A program made the translations under genes and the position numbers. A stretch of 64,000 nt of DNA, from contig OX597830.1 of the NCBI GenBank assembly GCA_951406725.2, positions 70,928,001-70,992,000 of the forward strand, written 5' to 3'. This document shows positions 50,352 through 64,000 of this stretch, piece by piece. The notes beneath the pieces are model-generated. The model had not been told where the DNA came from. It was given only the letters and a program-made list of their open reading frames with translations, and ran no database searches. The stretch's first letter is position 1, and each line of letters starts with the position of its first letter. The DNA comes from Octopus vulgaris. Lineage: Eukaryota.

Positions 50352-50394
50352 ATATGTATATATATATGTGTATATATATATATATGTATATATA

Positions 50395-50470
<76 letters not shown>

Positions 50471-50557
50471 TAGATAGATATACATACATATATATCTATG
50501 CATATATGTACGTATCCACAGAGACATGCGCGCACACACATGCGTAAAAATATACAT

Positions 50558-50629
<72 letters not shown>

Positions 50630-50775
50630 TTTTTCTTTTATTTGTTTCAGTCATTTGAATGCGGCCATGCTGGAGCCCCGCCTTTAATCCTTTGTTAGCC
50701 TAGCAGGTATTCTAGAAGTCTCTTTGGCCGAACCGCTAACTTACGGGGACGTAAACACACCAGCATCGGTTGTCT
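50630..50775 (-). mobile_element. SINE A 3' fragment
   Basis: Family match. Confidence 0.8.
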
Positions 50776-50815
50776 AATACAGGCACACACACACACACAC
50801 ACTCTCTCTCTCTCA

Positions 50816-50927
<112 letters not shown>

Positions 50928-51190
50928 TATATACATGTATATCTTTTCACATGTGCGTATTTATGTGTAACTATTTCCGCGTGTGTGCACGTACGTCCGT
51001 GCCTGTATGTGTATACTCACATATGAGATGAGGCATGGCTAACTTTAGAAGAAAAAACAATACGCGCATTTCTAGGACCTCTCTTTATCGTACAGTTTTT
51101 CCAGGTAACTATCCACTTTATTCCTACAGTAAATATAGATATGCATCTACATTTATATATACATCTATCTCGAAATATATATATATATGC

Positions 51191-51343
<153 letters not shown>

Positions 51344-51476
51344 ATGCTGTGACCACTAAAAATTAGAGTGGTCAGTCCTCTAAATTTTGTATGTAAAAAA
51401 ATCTTTAATCTTCGGATTTTTTTAAAATATGCTAGTCCACTCGTTTTAACTGATTAATATCAATTTCTACCCTTAT

Positions 51477-51538
<62 letters not shown>

Positions 51539-51926
51539 ATATAATGTATAGTGATTTATATATAAGTCAATATATTTTTTTCCATAATGAAAAATATTAG
51601 CTGCGTCTTCGAACTTTCGATCTGATGGAAATAATTATTAGACTGTCTGATAACAACAGGCAGCAAGCCTAAACTTCGAATTGATTGTTAACTTTTTCGT
51701 ACTAAACGTAGCAATAAATATGTATTCTACTAAGCATTATTGAGTGGTCCTTCAATTTTATTTGAAATTGTTTTCCTACATAAAAACGCACTGTACGGAT
51801 GGATGCCTGCATTGATACATACATGGATACTGGATGTATAAATGTTTTCTGTATATATCTGTACATGTATATATTATATATATATATGTGTGTGTGAGTG
51901 TTTGTATGTGTGTGTGTGTACGTATG

Positions 51927-51957
<31 letters not shown>

Positions 51958-52102
51958 GTGCATATATTTTTTGGATGTGTGTGTGCATATACATTGACCT
52001 GCCCGACCGGTGGTATCATTTCAAGGGTGTAACAATGCGAGGAAATATTGTATCCAGCATTGCGCAACATTTCATATTGAGACGGACACACACACGCGTA
52101 TA

Positions 52103-52207
<105 letters not shown>

Positions 52208-52849
52208 GTATATGTAAATATGTATGTACGTATGTATGTATGCATGTATGTATGTATGTATGTATATATATATATATATATATATGTACATTTATGTATG
52301 TATGAATGTATTTATATATATCTACATGTATCTGTTTATATTCATACATACATATATATACATATATAAATATTTATATAAAATATGTGGTTATTTATAT
52401 ATATATATATATATATATCATATGTCAATAAATATGAAATGCGAAGTGCTGTTCATAAACCTCCTCCTAAACAAATCTAAAATAGCTATTATCATTCTGT
52501 TAGTGTTTTCGATAATGACTGAAACATTTCTTAATTGCATTAATCAATAATAGAACAGAACAATTATCTCAATATTGAACCGGTTCGATTACATTCGAAT
52601 ATATTTCCACCAAACCCACAAGAAATTCACCGAAATGCACTATACAATAAGTAAATAAGATAAAATAATATGAGATGTCTTTTCGCTGTTTCACATATCG
52701 GACTGCTGGGTCTATATGCCTTCAATGGTTTTAGTGGAATGAATTGTCACTATTAAATCTTTTCCGGAAACTGCTATGAGGTATCGGTATCGGTCTCATC
52801 ACCACCACCACATATATAACACTTATATCTATATCTGTCTGTCCGTCTG

Positions 52850-52947
<98 letters not shown>

Positions 52948-52949
52948 AA

Positions 52950-52991
<42 letters not shown>

Positions 52992-53100
52992 CACAAAAAT
53001 ATCTACATAAACACATATACATACACACATATATACATATACTTATATATATATATATATATATACACATATATATGTGCATTTATATATATATATATAT

Positions 53101-53305
53101 TATTTCTTCACTACCCAGAAGGGGCTAAACACAGAGAGGACAAACAAGGACAGACAAACGGATTAAGTTGATTATATCGACCCCAGTGCACAACTGGTAC
53201 TTATCTAATCGACCCCGAAAGGATGAAAGGCAAAGTCGACCTAGGAGGAATTTGAACTCAGAACGTAAAGACAGATGAAATACTGCAAAGCATTTCGCCC
53301 GGCGG
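53101..53305 (-). mobile_element. SINE family B (tail variant 1)
   Basis: Family match. Confidence 0.88.
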
Positions 53306-53324
53306 TACATATATATAAATGTAC

Positions 53325-53369
<45 letters not shown>

Positions 53370-53859
53370 TACATGTATGTACAGTAAATAACATGAAATA
53401 CGAAAATAAATGAGTTAAATACGCAAACAACGAGAGAAAATAATGGAAAAGAGGACAAGCAACATAAAGAACGACCCTTCATCAGTTGTCGGTTATCTAT
53501 CTACACCTCATTTCGAGCAGTGATCGACGTATATATATATATATACACACGCACACACACACGCATACACACACACACACATATATGTGTGTGTGAGAGG
53601 GTGCATGGACGAGTGGTCAGGGTGGTGCACTCACGATCGTGAGATCGTGGTTTCAAATCCTAGACCGGTTGTGGTGCGTTGTGTTGCTCTGGAATCACGT
53701 CGACACTTGAGGTACACATTACACCTGTTTAGACAACCCCTATTTACTGGAGGGAGTGAGGTAACGTTCGAGAAGAGCATTTGGTCATAATGAACAAATC
53801 CATTTTTTGTGAGTCCTTCGGAAATAGCTGAACACTCATACGTAGTTTTAGTGTCAATC

Positions 53860-53902
<43 letters not shown>

Positions 53903-53974
53903 GGTCCCGGGTTGAGTCGGGGTTAACCACAGTAAATAAGGTACTCAATACATTGCAGAGTAAAGTAATTTATT

Positions 53975-54078
53975 TTATAGAAGGGGCTTCTACAGGACTA
54001 GAACTGTTTCATTCAGATGTAATCTTCAAATTTCATCTGAATGAAACAGTTCTAGTCCTGTAGAAGCTCCTTCTATAA
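53975..54078. repeat. Inverted repeat, about 45 bp arms, next to (TA)n
   Basis: TTATAGAAGGGGCTTCTACAGGACTAGAACTGTTTCATTCAGATG / CATCTGAATGAAACAGTTCTAGTCCTGTAGAAGCTCCTTCTATAA. Confidence 0.93.
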
Positions 54079-54695
54079 TATATATATATAGTTTGTAATT
54101 GTTTCAGTCATTGGTCTGCAGCTATGCTGGTATATCGCCTTCAAGAATTTTATTTGAATGAATTATTTTTGCCTTTTAAGTCTGTCTCTTAAACTTTTGT
54201 TGCTGAATCCCTAAGCTCCGGGAGTTTATCATACCAACAAAAGTTATCAAGTAGTGGGTGGATGGAGAAATACAGACACAAGGAGACGCATACACGCACC
54301 TACATACATACATACATACATACATATATACATACATAAATCAAGTAAAAGTTAGATATACATGTGCGTGTGTGGATATATGACTGTATATATATATATT
54401 AAGAACAATCTTACTTAGAAATAGATGCGTGCGTTCAGTCATATATAAATAAATTGACCTTCGAAACGTGGAGTAGATGAAATTAAGGCGACAGAAGAAG
54501 GGGAATTTTCCTTGTTTTGTATGTCCTGTACTCTATTTTTTCGTTGTTTAAAAAAAAATGTCCATTTCCTCGGTTTTGTGTTTATGTTTTCGTTTCTCAT
54601 TGTGTTCGACGGTTTTTTGGTGTCCTGTACCCATATATGCATGTATATATATATGTAGAGGTAGGTACGTACATATATGTATGTATATATGCATA

Positions 54696-54732
<37 letters not shown>

Positions 54733-54894
54733 CATTGACATATGTGTGTGCGTGCGCGCGTGACATATATATATATATGTGTATATATATATATATTTAC
54801 ACATTTAAATATATCCATATATATATACCGTGCATACGCTTATACATGCATACATAAGTATATATGAATGTATTTATTTTCTATCTATCTATCC

Positions 54895-54946
<52 letters not shown>

Positions 54947-54949
54947 ATC

Positions 54950-55033
<84 letters not shown>

Positions 55034-55504
55034 AAAGTAGCTGGTTAAAAAACCTCTATAAGCGATAAATTTAGTAACTGTAATAAGAAGTAATGTCTAT
55101 TGTCACTTGAACATGGCTGTTCCATAGGAACGGATGTTACTATCATTCTTAAAGCCTCTTCCAGCTTGTTAAGGAGGCAATCTGCACCCGATATATATAT
55201 ATATTGCAAGCAGTGGAACAAACTCTGCCATCTTCTCGGGATGGCGACAGGACCACCATTCCGTCCGGTTCGAACTATTTGTGATTATCTTCACTGGTGG
55301 ACACACATACGCTAGAGATAGCAGTAGTTTTATCCAGCTAGCAATACATAAAAAAGTGGTTGTGGTTAAATACCCTGCTTGCCATTGAATGCAGATTGCA
55401 TCAATAACCAGATGGAGGAGGCGTCCTCTTGGGATCAAAAATAGTAATAACGTCTGTTTCCGTAGTACAAGTATTTTGAAGTGGTGATAAACATTACTCC
55501 TGTC

Positions 55505-55734
55505 TATATTAAATTAGAGATAAAACCACTATTAGGCAAATCAAACAGTGAAAATCATAAGCCAATACATAGAAATAAAATTAATTAAAAAATATAAAAA
55601 ATATAAAATATAAAATATAAAAATCCAATTAAATTATTTAAATTAAAGTTAAAATTTTTTTGAATTACTTAAATTAATAAATTAAACTCACTGTTTGATT
55701 TGCCTAATAGTGGTTTTATCTCTAATTTAATATA
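55505..55734. repeat. Inverted repeat, 47 bp perfect arms, AT-rich spacer
   Basis: TATATTAAATTAGAGATAAAACCACTATTAGGCAAATCAAACAGTGA and its reverse complement. Confidence 0.93.
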
Positions 55735-55814
55735 ATATATATGTATATTATAAAATTAGATTTAATCCTAAATCTAATTTTTCCCTGTAAGTTTGGATTT
55801 ACTCCCTAATATTT

Positions 55815-55855
<41 letters not shown>

Positions 55856-55858
<3 letters not shown>

Positions 55859-56843
55859 TTATATATATAAAACTGAGAATGTGTGTGTGTCTGTCTGTCC
55901 GTCTGTGTGTTTCCCTAAAACTTGAGAACTACACAACCAATTTCATTCAAATTTTACACATGTCTTACTTAGGGTCCATGTAGTTTCATGGTAAAAAAAA
56001 AACGTTCAACTTCTTGCGTAGAGCGAGCCCATAGCAATATCATATCTTCTCCACTATTTCTCTATTTTATGTCAGATACTTTCATTTTAACAATAAAAAA
56101 TATTAATAACAATTGAATTATATGTAGTAAGTAATAATTGAAATCAAACTAAAGTATAATATAATCGTAACAAAAAAAAAAGTAAAAATAGCAATTGGTA
56201 TAAAGTTACATCAATGACTTGAACTTGAATAAGTGGTTTCACATGAATGGGAATAAATCAAAAATAAAATTAGCGTGCAGAAATGGAATAGTCCAGATGG
56301 ATAATAAAAAATTAAATTTAAGAAAAGACTATTGTCTATAAAGTATATAATGTAGAGAAAAAAGAAGATTTGAACACTTGGAGGTAAGCACCTCCGAAAA
56401 GTGTCTTGGTGCGACTATGAAAGATATCTAATCAGAGGCGGTGAATTCGCCACAATAGAAGCAAGGTTCGAGTCAACGGAGCGTGCAAGGGAGTACTCCA
56501 CTCGAACTTGCAAAGTGGAAATATTTTATTTTTACCTTTATATCTGGGATATAAATTAAAAATGCCCCCCACCCACCCCCGCGAAGTAGAGGTAGGCCAC
56601 ACTTCTATACAAGAGGGAGGACAAGATACAATTGATCGAAATTACAAGAGACGGGCTAACAATTCCAGTTTGTTATATATTTTGAGTATTGTTATCACTA
56701 GCGATATCAAGATATAACTTTGTATTTTGTATTTTATGTGTAGATGTATATATATAGATGTACATGTAATATGTACACATATATATACACATATATACAT
56801 GCACTAGCACTATGATCCGGCAACGACGGGTCTTTAATGATAG
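55856..56843 (+). mobile_element. Non-autonomous Helitron, second family
   Basis: A|TCTTTATATATATAAAACTGAG 5' end with GTCT repeats; 3' CCGGCAACGACGGG hairpin-like motif then ATAG|T (decayed CTAG). Confidence 0.6.
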
Positions 56844-56864
56844 TATATATATATATATACATAC

Positions 56865-56937
<73 letters not shown>

Positions 56938-57099
56938 CATGCACACATCCGTAATATGGCAACGTTGGATTGCTTAATTTACTCATGTTTTTATACCCTG
57001 TCCTTCGCGAATATTTGTTGATTACGGTATGAACGAAGATGAACAAAATAGAGCAACATTTCTAGAATGGGTAATGTTCCCAATTGTCTTTGAATTCAA

Positions 57100-57137
<38 letters not shown>

Positions 57138-57565
57138 CTGCAGATATATATAGATACATACACACATACGTATATGTACATACATATATATGTGTGTGCG
57201 TGTTGTACATGTCTGTATATTCATATTCATATTCATATATATATATTTCTATTTAAACAGGGCTTATATTTTTAAGCTCCATCGACATTTCTTTTGGCCT
57301 AACGGCTTCAATACACTCATCTTAACTTTTTGTTACTTCTCTCTTTCTTATTCTATTGCAGATTTTTCCTGGTTAATACAACATACCGTGAGGAAAGATG
57401 ATATCTCCAGGACATTTTCTCAGAAGAGGCAATGCTGTGGCTAGGACGTCGGTTTTGATTTTTAAATAGCTAAAATTAAGTCCTTATGTTTTGTGTAGGA
57501 CATACGTAGTAATGTTTCCTTCCTTCTCGAAGAATGCAGTGAGATAAATTTCTCCATAAGATATT

Positions 57566-57785
57566 CTTTTCTACTCTAGGCACAAGCCCCGAAATTTCTT
57601 TGGGGTTGGGTGTGGGTCCAGTTGATTAGATCGACTCCAGTACGCAACTGGTACTTAATTTATCGAGCCAGAAGGATGAAAGGCAAAGTCGACCTCGGCG
57701 GAATTTGAACTCAGAACATAAAGACAGATGAAATACCGATAAACATTTCGCCCGGCGTGCTAACGTTTCTGCCGGCTCGCCGCCT
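57566..57785 (-). mobile_element. SINE family B (tail variant 2) with about 17-bp TSD
   Basis: TTTCTCCATAAGATATT 57549-57565 / TTCCTCTATAAGATATT 57786-57802. Confidence 0.9.
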
Positions 57786-57831
57786 TTCCTCTATAAGATA
57801 TTATATCCCTACTCCAATCTAGGGGTGAGTC

Positions 57832-57863
<32 letters not shown>

Positions 57864-58239
57864 TGTATGTATGTATGTATGTATGTATGTATGTATGTAT
57901 GTATGTATGTATGTATGTATGCATGTATGTATGTATGTATGCCTATATGTACATATGTATCTATGATTGTATGTATGTTTAAATGTACATAGGTATGTTT
58001 GCGTATGAATATGAATGTATGTATATATAAATGTAAGCCTGTGTGTATGTGAGTAAGTATGTGTGTATGTATGTATGGATGGATGTATGCATATATATAT
58101 GTGTTGTGTCATTGTTAGTATGCATATTTCGTTTCAGTCTCAAATTTCTTACCGATAGTAGAATGTGTGTGTGTGAGTGTGTGTGGAGAAAGACAGACAG
58201 ACAAACAGACACACTCACATAGACATGTTTTTTAAAATT

Positions 58240-58402
58240 TTTTATTAAAGCTGCAAAAACACCACAAAATACCGTTACTCAGAGTCTCACGTTCCCGCTC
58301 GTCGGACGGTTGTGATCAAGACTGCAACAAACTGATCACAATTGTCCGACGAAAGGGAATGACATCTTTGTCTTTTGTCATGCTTTTGCAGCTTTGATAA
58401 AA
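58240..58402. mobile_element. Interrupted inverted repeat with hammerhead motif (Penelope-like terminus)
   Basis: TTTTATTAAAGCTGCAAAA/TTTTGCAGCTTTGATAAAA and TCGTCGGACGGTTGTGATCA/TGATCACAATTGTCCGACGA. Confidence 0.7.
58271..58310 (-). ncRNA. Minimal type I hammerhead-like motif
   Basis: Minus: ACCGT CCGACGA GCG ggaa CGT GAGA CTC t GAG TA ACGGT. Confidence 0.65.
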
Positions 58403-58674
58403 CAAAAAAGGCATATAAGTCTACCTTCGGTCTTCGAGTACCTTGCTTTGCATTTATGTGCTTGCTTGTGTATATACATACATAATACTTACATACATAC
58501 ATACATATATACATATCTATGATTGCGAAATCACAGGTGATATGTAACTAAATTCTGTTTTTAGATGACTCGCTTCGAAGATTGCATTCGGTACAATTTG
58601 TTTATTTTGGTAGTTTTGACTTTAAAAGTCCCTCCTAGCGTGCAGCATCTATGTGTAACAGTGCCCTCTATATA

Positions 58675-58720
<46 letters not shown>

Positions 58721-58735
58721 AGAGAGAGAGAGATT

Positions 58736-58783
<48 letters not shown>

Positions 58784-58784
58784 T

Positions 58785-58823
<39 letters not shown>

Positions 58824-58980
58824 TAGGTTAAATAATGAGGGTAGAAATTAATATTATTAATTAATATCAATTTACACCAATGGCCCAGCATGCTTAAAAA
58901 GTGTCCGATAAGTGTGAATTATATTACCTATATAAATAAGAGGAATATCCACTTGGTGGCTATTTCTCTAGTGCTGGTAA

Positions 58981-59020
<40 letters not shown>

Positions 59021-59054
59021 TGTGTGTTTTTGTATGTTCATATATATATATTTT

Positions 59055-59085
<31 letters not shown>

Positions 59086-59259
59086 ATGGTGAGGACTGAG
59101 AAAAATACACACATATATACTCGTTCATGCACATACGTATATAACCATATGAATATGTTTATATACATTTGGTTTTGTACGGTTAGTATGCAAGTTTATA
59201 GATATATTCACGAAAGGCATAGAGACTCGATATCTTATAGTTACACAGATAGACTCTAT

Positions 59260-59336
<77 letters not shown>

Positions 59337-59442
59337 ATACAAACGTGCACACACCAAATACATACATAAATATAGATTCGCTTTCACATTTTCTTTGATA
59401 AATGGAAAAGACAGAATGTCGAACAAAGATCATGTTTCTCCT

Positions 59443-59465
59443 AATGACGATGATGATGATGATGG

Positions 59466-59511
<46 letters not shown>

Positions 59512-59595
59512 AATAATGATGACGATGAAGATGATTATAATGACTAAGAGGATGATGATAACGACCATAATGATGATGATGATTATGATGACGAC
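59443..59595. repeat. (GAT)n microsatellite
   Basis: Directly visible; another at 26788-26905. Confidence 0.95.
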
Positions 59596-60297
59596 CGAAA
59601 TCGTATGCATTTTTATGTTTCAGTTTTCTCTGTAAGAAAGAAACTTCTAGAAATAAAATGGTGTATAATTTACAAAAATCTTTGCCTCAATTATTCTGTA
59701 AGTTGTTATTAGAGCCATGCCTTCATTTTTACCATATTCCACAGAATGATATCAGGTTATGATGCGTGGAAAATGGCGCTGATGTGTGAAAAATGTAGAA
59801 ACACATATCAGATATTATTACAGTTGTATTAAGATGTGAAAACATATGTTTTTATGTTTGTCTTTTTCTTCCTCTTTTTCTCTTTCTCTCTCTCCCTCCA
59901 TCACTCGTTTTGTATATATATCTATATGTATATACGTATATATATATATAAATACATGTGTGTGTGTGTGTGTGCATGTATATCAATGTATAGGCATATA
60001 TATGTACATATAAACACACACATATACATATATATACATCCACATATATGCAGATATATGCATACATTTATATATATTGATGGACATACTTATGTATGCA
60101 TATATATTTATATGTGTGTTCGAGTGTCATATATATGTGTATGTATATAAATTTTGGGGTAAATATATATATATGTATTATATATCCATATATATCCATA
60201 TATACATATATAGATACATAGATCGATAGATACATATATATATATATGTATATCTATGTATGTATGTATATATACATATATATTTACGCACATACGC

Positions 60298-60380
<83 letters not shown>

Positions 60381-60696
60381 TGTATGCATATATATGCGTA
60401 AGTGCGTATTGATGTGTGTTTGAGCGTGTGTACATACAGGTAAGTGTCTATATGTATATTTGGGATTGAGATGCAGATTTATGATTAAAAAAAAAAATAT
60501 ATATATATGTATGTATATGTGTATATGCATATCTGATTATTTCTGTTTATTGCTGGACATTATTTATACATTCATACATATCTAAGCATATACATACATA
60601 TACAGACCGATATGTATCTGTGCGTACACGATTATGCATATGTATGTATATAGATATATAGATATGTATGCGCTGCACACACATACATCATGTCTC

Positions 60697-60755
<59 letters not shown>

Positions 60756-60897
60756 GTATATATGCACATCAATTATAATGGTTATTGACAATTTTGTCTT
60801 TTTTTCGGCTTATTTGGCATCAGAATTTTCCTTTTTGCCCTTATTTTGTAAGTTATATATGCATATATATATATATATGTGTATACACACTCATTCA

Positions 60898-60951
<54 letters not shown>

Positions 60952-60973
60952 TATACATACATACATACATACA

Positions 60974-61046
<73 letters not shown>

Positions 61047-61164
61047 TCTGCGTGTGTGTACGTGTGAGTGTATGTATTAAATATTTATTCGAATGGGTAT
61101 ATATGAACACACAATTCTGGGAACATACAACGAAGAATCCATACAACATACATATATAATCTGC

Positions 61165-61251
<87 letters not shown>

Positions 61252-61327
61252 CATCCATCTATCAATCTATGTATCTATGTATCTATGTATCTATGTATGT
61301 ATGTATGTATGTATGTATGTATGTATG

Positions 61328-61403
<76 letters not shown>

Positions 61404-62002
61404 TATGTATATATATACTTATTCATACGCATTTTTACATACGGATATCCATACATGTGAGCATTCATTCATTCATACAAGATCATAATTACACACCTCT
61501 GTAGACTGATGTCTATAAATATTTATGTACATTAAATACATACTCCATGAATATGTATGTCTTCTGGAAGATTACACAGTTGTCTCTGATGGGATTCCGA
61601 ATGATTAGGCACGTTTTTCTACTTACCTCTATGTCTGTCTGTTTGTCTATTGCTCCAACATCAATACACAAACTGATAGACACACTAATAAGATAGCGAT
61701 AGCTTGGTAGTTATATAGATATGTGTATACATTATTATACATTTGAATATATATATATATATATATATAAAAACCTACACTTGTTCCGTGATAGCATAAA
61801 TGCGCGTGTATATGTATGCATATATGTGCATATAAATATATAATACACACACACACACATACACACACGTTATTTACACGTGTACAAGTCGTGTGTGTGT
61901 ATAAATCACAAGTTTTTCACTTCAAAATCACGTATATGTCAGCGCAACTTATACAAGAGGAAATACGGTATGTAGATACATAATACATACATATATACAT
62001 AA

Positions 62003-62033
<31 letters not shown>

Positions 62034-62093
62034 GTATATATGTATATGTATGTGTGTATATATATATATATATATACATACATATATATATAT

Positions 62094-62648
62094 ATGGTGG
62101 CTGCCCCCTCGTTATCGAGTATGTCCATTGCACGAAGCTTAATCAATGTTGTTATCGTGCAATGCCTGTGCAAGAAGATTGTTTTTTAAATGAGGAAAGG
62201 CTGTGCACTGAGTCAATCTCACTCACTAAGAAACAGCAGCCATAATCCGAAAAGAAGAACAAGTCAACATCATCGGTAACTACTGAGCCGCAGGTTTTAT
62301 GTCGGAGTTATCCCAGTTACCCGAGTTACCTTCTCCTAGAAGGATGCACTAACAAAGGCTAGGAGTCCTTCACTCCCAATGGTTTAATCGCGCGATCGTG
62401 TATTCAGTCCGGTTATTTCTATGTCCCCGCGCATGATACAGCCCTAAGACATTTATTGGATGGCCGTTGACTCTCAAGAGTTCCTCCGCCCTTTGACGGG
62501 TTTTGCTTTTAATCCTGCAGGGTGTCCAATAAACACCCTCCTCACCAAGCAAGCTTGGTGGGATGCCGGTTTAGTCGCCGACGACCCGACCATGCAACAG
62601 GTTGTACTGGGTTACATGCTACCAGTAGCACTCAAAAGTGACCTGACA
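62094..62648 (-). mobile_element. Non-autonomous RTE-derived element, probably full length (about 555 bp)
   Basis: Homologous to 13154-13625 with about 70 extra 5' bases; RTE tail; no ORF; flanked by microsatellites. Confidence 0.82.
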
Positions 62649-62669
62649 TATAAATAAATATATATATAT

Positions 62670-62744
<75 letters not shown>

Positions 62745-63184
62745 CCAAGCTGAGAGGTAAGTAAGAACATAAGCTCATGCAATTCATGCTTTTCATGTCT
62801 GGAGAACATGAGAGAGTTTCCTGATGGGCTGTTTGACGGTTCGTTGGTGCTCCTCGAAGAAGACGTGCCCGCTTTTTCGTTGCTTAATCCATGACATTGA
62901 ATATTTAGCTGTAATATAAAGCAGTCATGTATTATTCTATCACTGCAGTGAATTGCTTACTTCTCATATTTGCACACTTGACGTTTTGACGTTAATGATT
63001 TATTTCATGCAAATGAAATTGAGGACTAGTGTTGCACATAAAATATATATTGAGTAATTAAAAACAAGCCGGCAAATGTGGCATGAAAAATGAAGGGCAA
63101 ACACTGTTATGTTATACAATAGTGGATTCGAATCAACAATAGATTCTCTCTGGTCAGGCACCATACAAGAGAGTGCATCTATAA

Positions 63185-63744
63185 CAGCTGTTCTCAAAGT
63201 AGTTTAGTTGCATTTTTGTATATTAGTAGTATTTTCGGGGCCCATGTTACTTTGGATGTATTTAGGGCAAAAGACGCTAGGTTTCTTTCTCTAACGTATT
63301 ACATAGTTCAATCTACGCCAAAGAAGTGTCTTTAAAATAAGTTTTTAAACATCGAATGGCGATGAGACTCGACCACAATAGAATAGTAATCAAAGGGGTC
63401 CATAGATGTGGAGGCACATGGCCTAGTGGTTAGAGCAGCGGACTCATGGTCGAGGGATAGCGGGATCGAATCTCAGACCGTGCGATGTGCGTGTTTATGA
63501 GCGAAACACCGAAGCTCCACTCGGCTCCGGCAGAAGTTAATGGCGAACTTCTGCTGACACTTTCGCCACAACTTTCTCTCACTCTTTCCTCCTGCATCTT
63601 GCAGCTCACCTGCGACGGACTGGCGTCCCGTGCAGTTGGGGAACCTATACGCCAAGGAAACCGGGAAACCGGCCCTAATGATCCAGGATATGACTCGAGA
63701 AGGAACAAACAAACAAATAGATAAAGAATGGTTGAGAACCACTG
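63185..63744. mobile_element. hAT-type MITE containing a SINE C insertion
   Basis: TIRs CAGCTGTTCTCAA / TTGAGAACCACTG; decayed 8-bp TSD ATCTATAA / ATCTAAGC. Confidence 0.7.
63408..63716 (+). mobile_element. SINE family C, full length
   Basis: GGAGGCACATGGCCTAGTGGTTAGAGCAGCGG...GGAACAAACAAAC; ATAGAT on both sides. Confidence 0.92.
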
Positions 63745-64000
63745 ATCTAAGCTCTTTCATGCTACACTCTGTTAACTTAATAAGGGAAGAAGACATTGGA
63801 TAAAATAGTCTTACTTTCATTATTTCTGGAAACTAGATATGATGGTCACAGCTGAAAGGTGTCTGACAAAGTGTTTGATCATCAAGTGCTGAATTAGGGA
63901 TTGTAAATAATAAAACAAGAACTACATAAACGACAAAGGCAACAGCACTAAAAGCAACAAAGATAACCGTGGCATCAACCAGCTTAACAGAACAATCAGC

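Noticed and set aside
53400-53520. CTGATGA and CTCGAAA motifs on minus (similar remnant at 54455-54635)
   Set aside because: Order and pairing do not give a complete hammerhead; possibly PLE-type remnants but unsupported
55085-55500. Higher-complexity segment, possibly a decayed RT fragment or exon
   Set aside because: No motif I can recognise with confidence; needs blastx
62745-62915. Possible exon (minus acceptor TATTACAG; plus donor AG|GTAAGT)
   Set aside because: Acceptor and donor are on opposite strands; short frames with no recognisable homology
63408-63485. tRNA gene-like sequence (also 37501, 11610-11684, 14124)
   Set aside because: A/B boxes are present but run into SINE bodies and tails with TSDs; these are SINE heads

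Overview
AT-rich, repeat-saturated eukaryotic DNA. The tRNA-derived SINE families and the density of (TA)n/(CA)n/(CATA)n/(GATA)n/(GA)n tracts suggest an octopus (Octopus sp.) intronic or intergenic region; this is an inference, with no database search. No intact host gene is supportable. Nearly all ORFs in the track are translations of microsatellites or SINEs. The window contains several tRNA-derived SINE families (working names A-E) with module swapping and nesting. It also holds fossil LINE fragments (RTE with C2H2 fingers, Tx1/L1-like, HERO-like, Penelope-like RT), a DD37D Tc1/mariner transposase remnant, non-autonomous Helitrons, a Helentron-type element, hAT MITEs, two minisatellites and two local duplications. 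The most notable signal is a set of short elements embedded in (TA)n, many of them long palindromes. Several carry minimal hammerhead-ribozyme motifs with non-canonical cores (U3-A8 swap, U4C), consistent with Penelope-like pseudo-LTRs. A second group has the same architecture but a different conserved self-complementary motif (CTAGCATG...CATGCTAG-RCCACTGGT) that I cannot assign to a known element. Coordinates of degenerate repeats are approximate, to about 10-20 bp.
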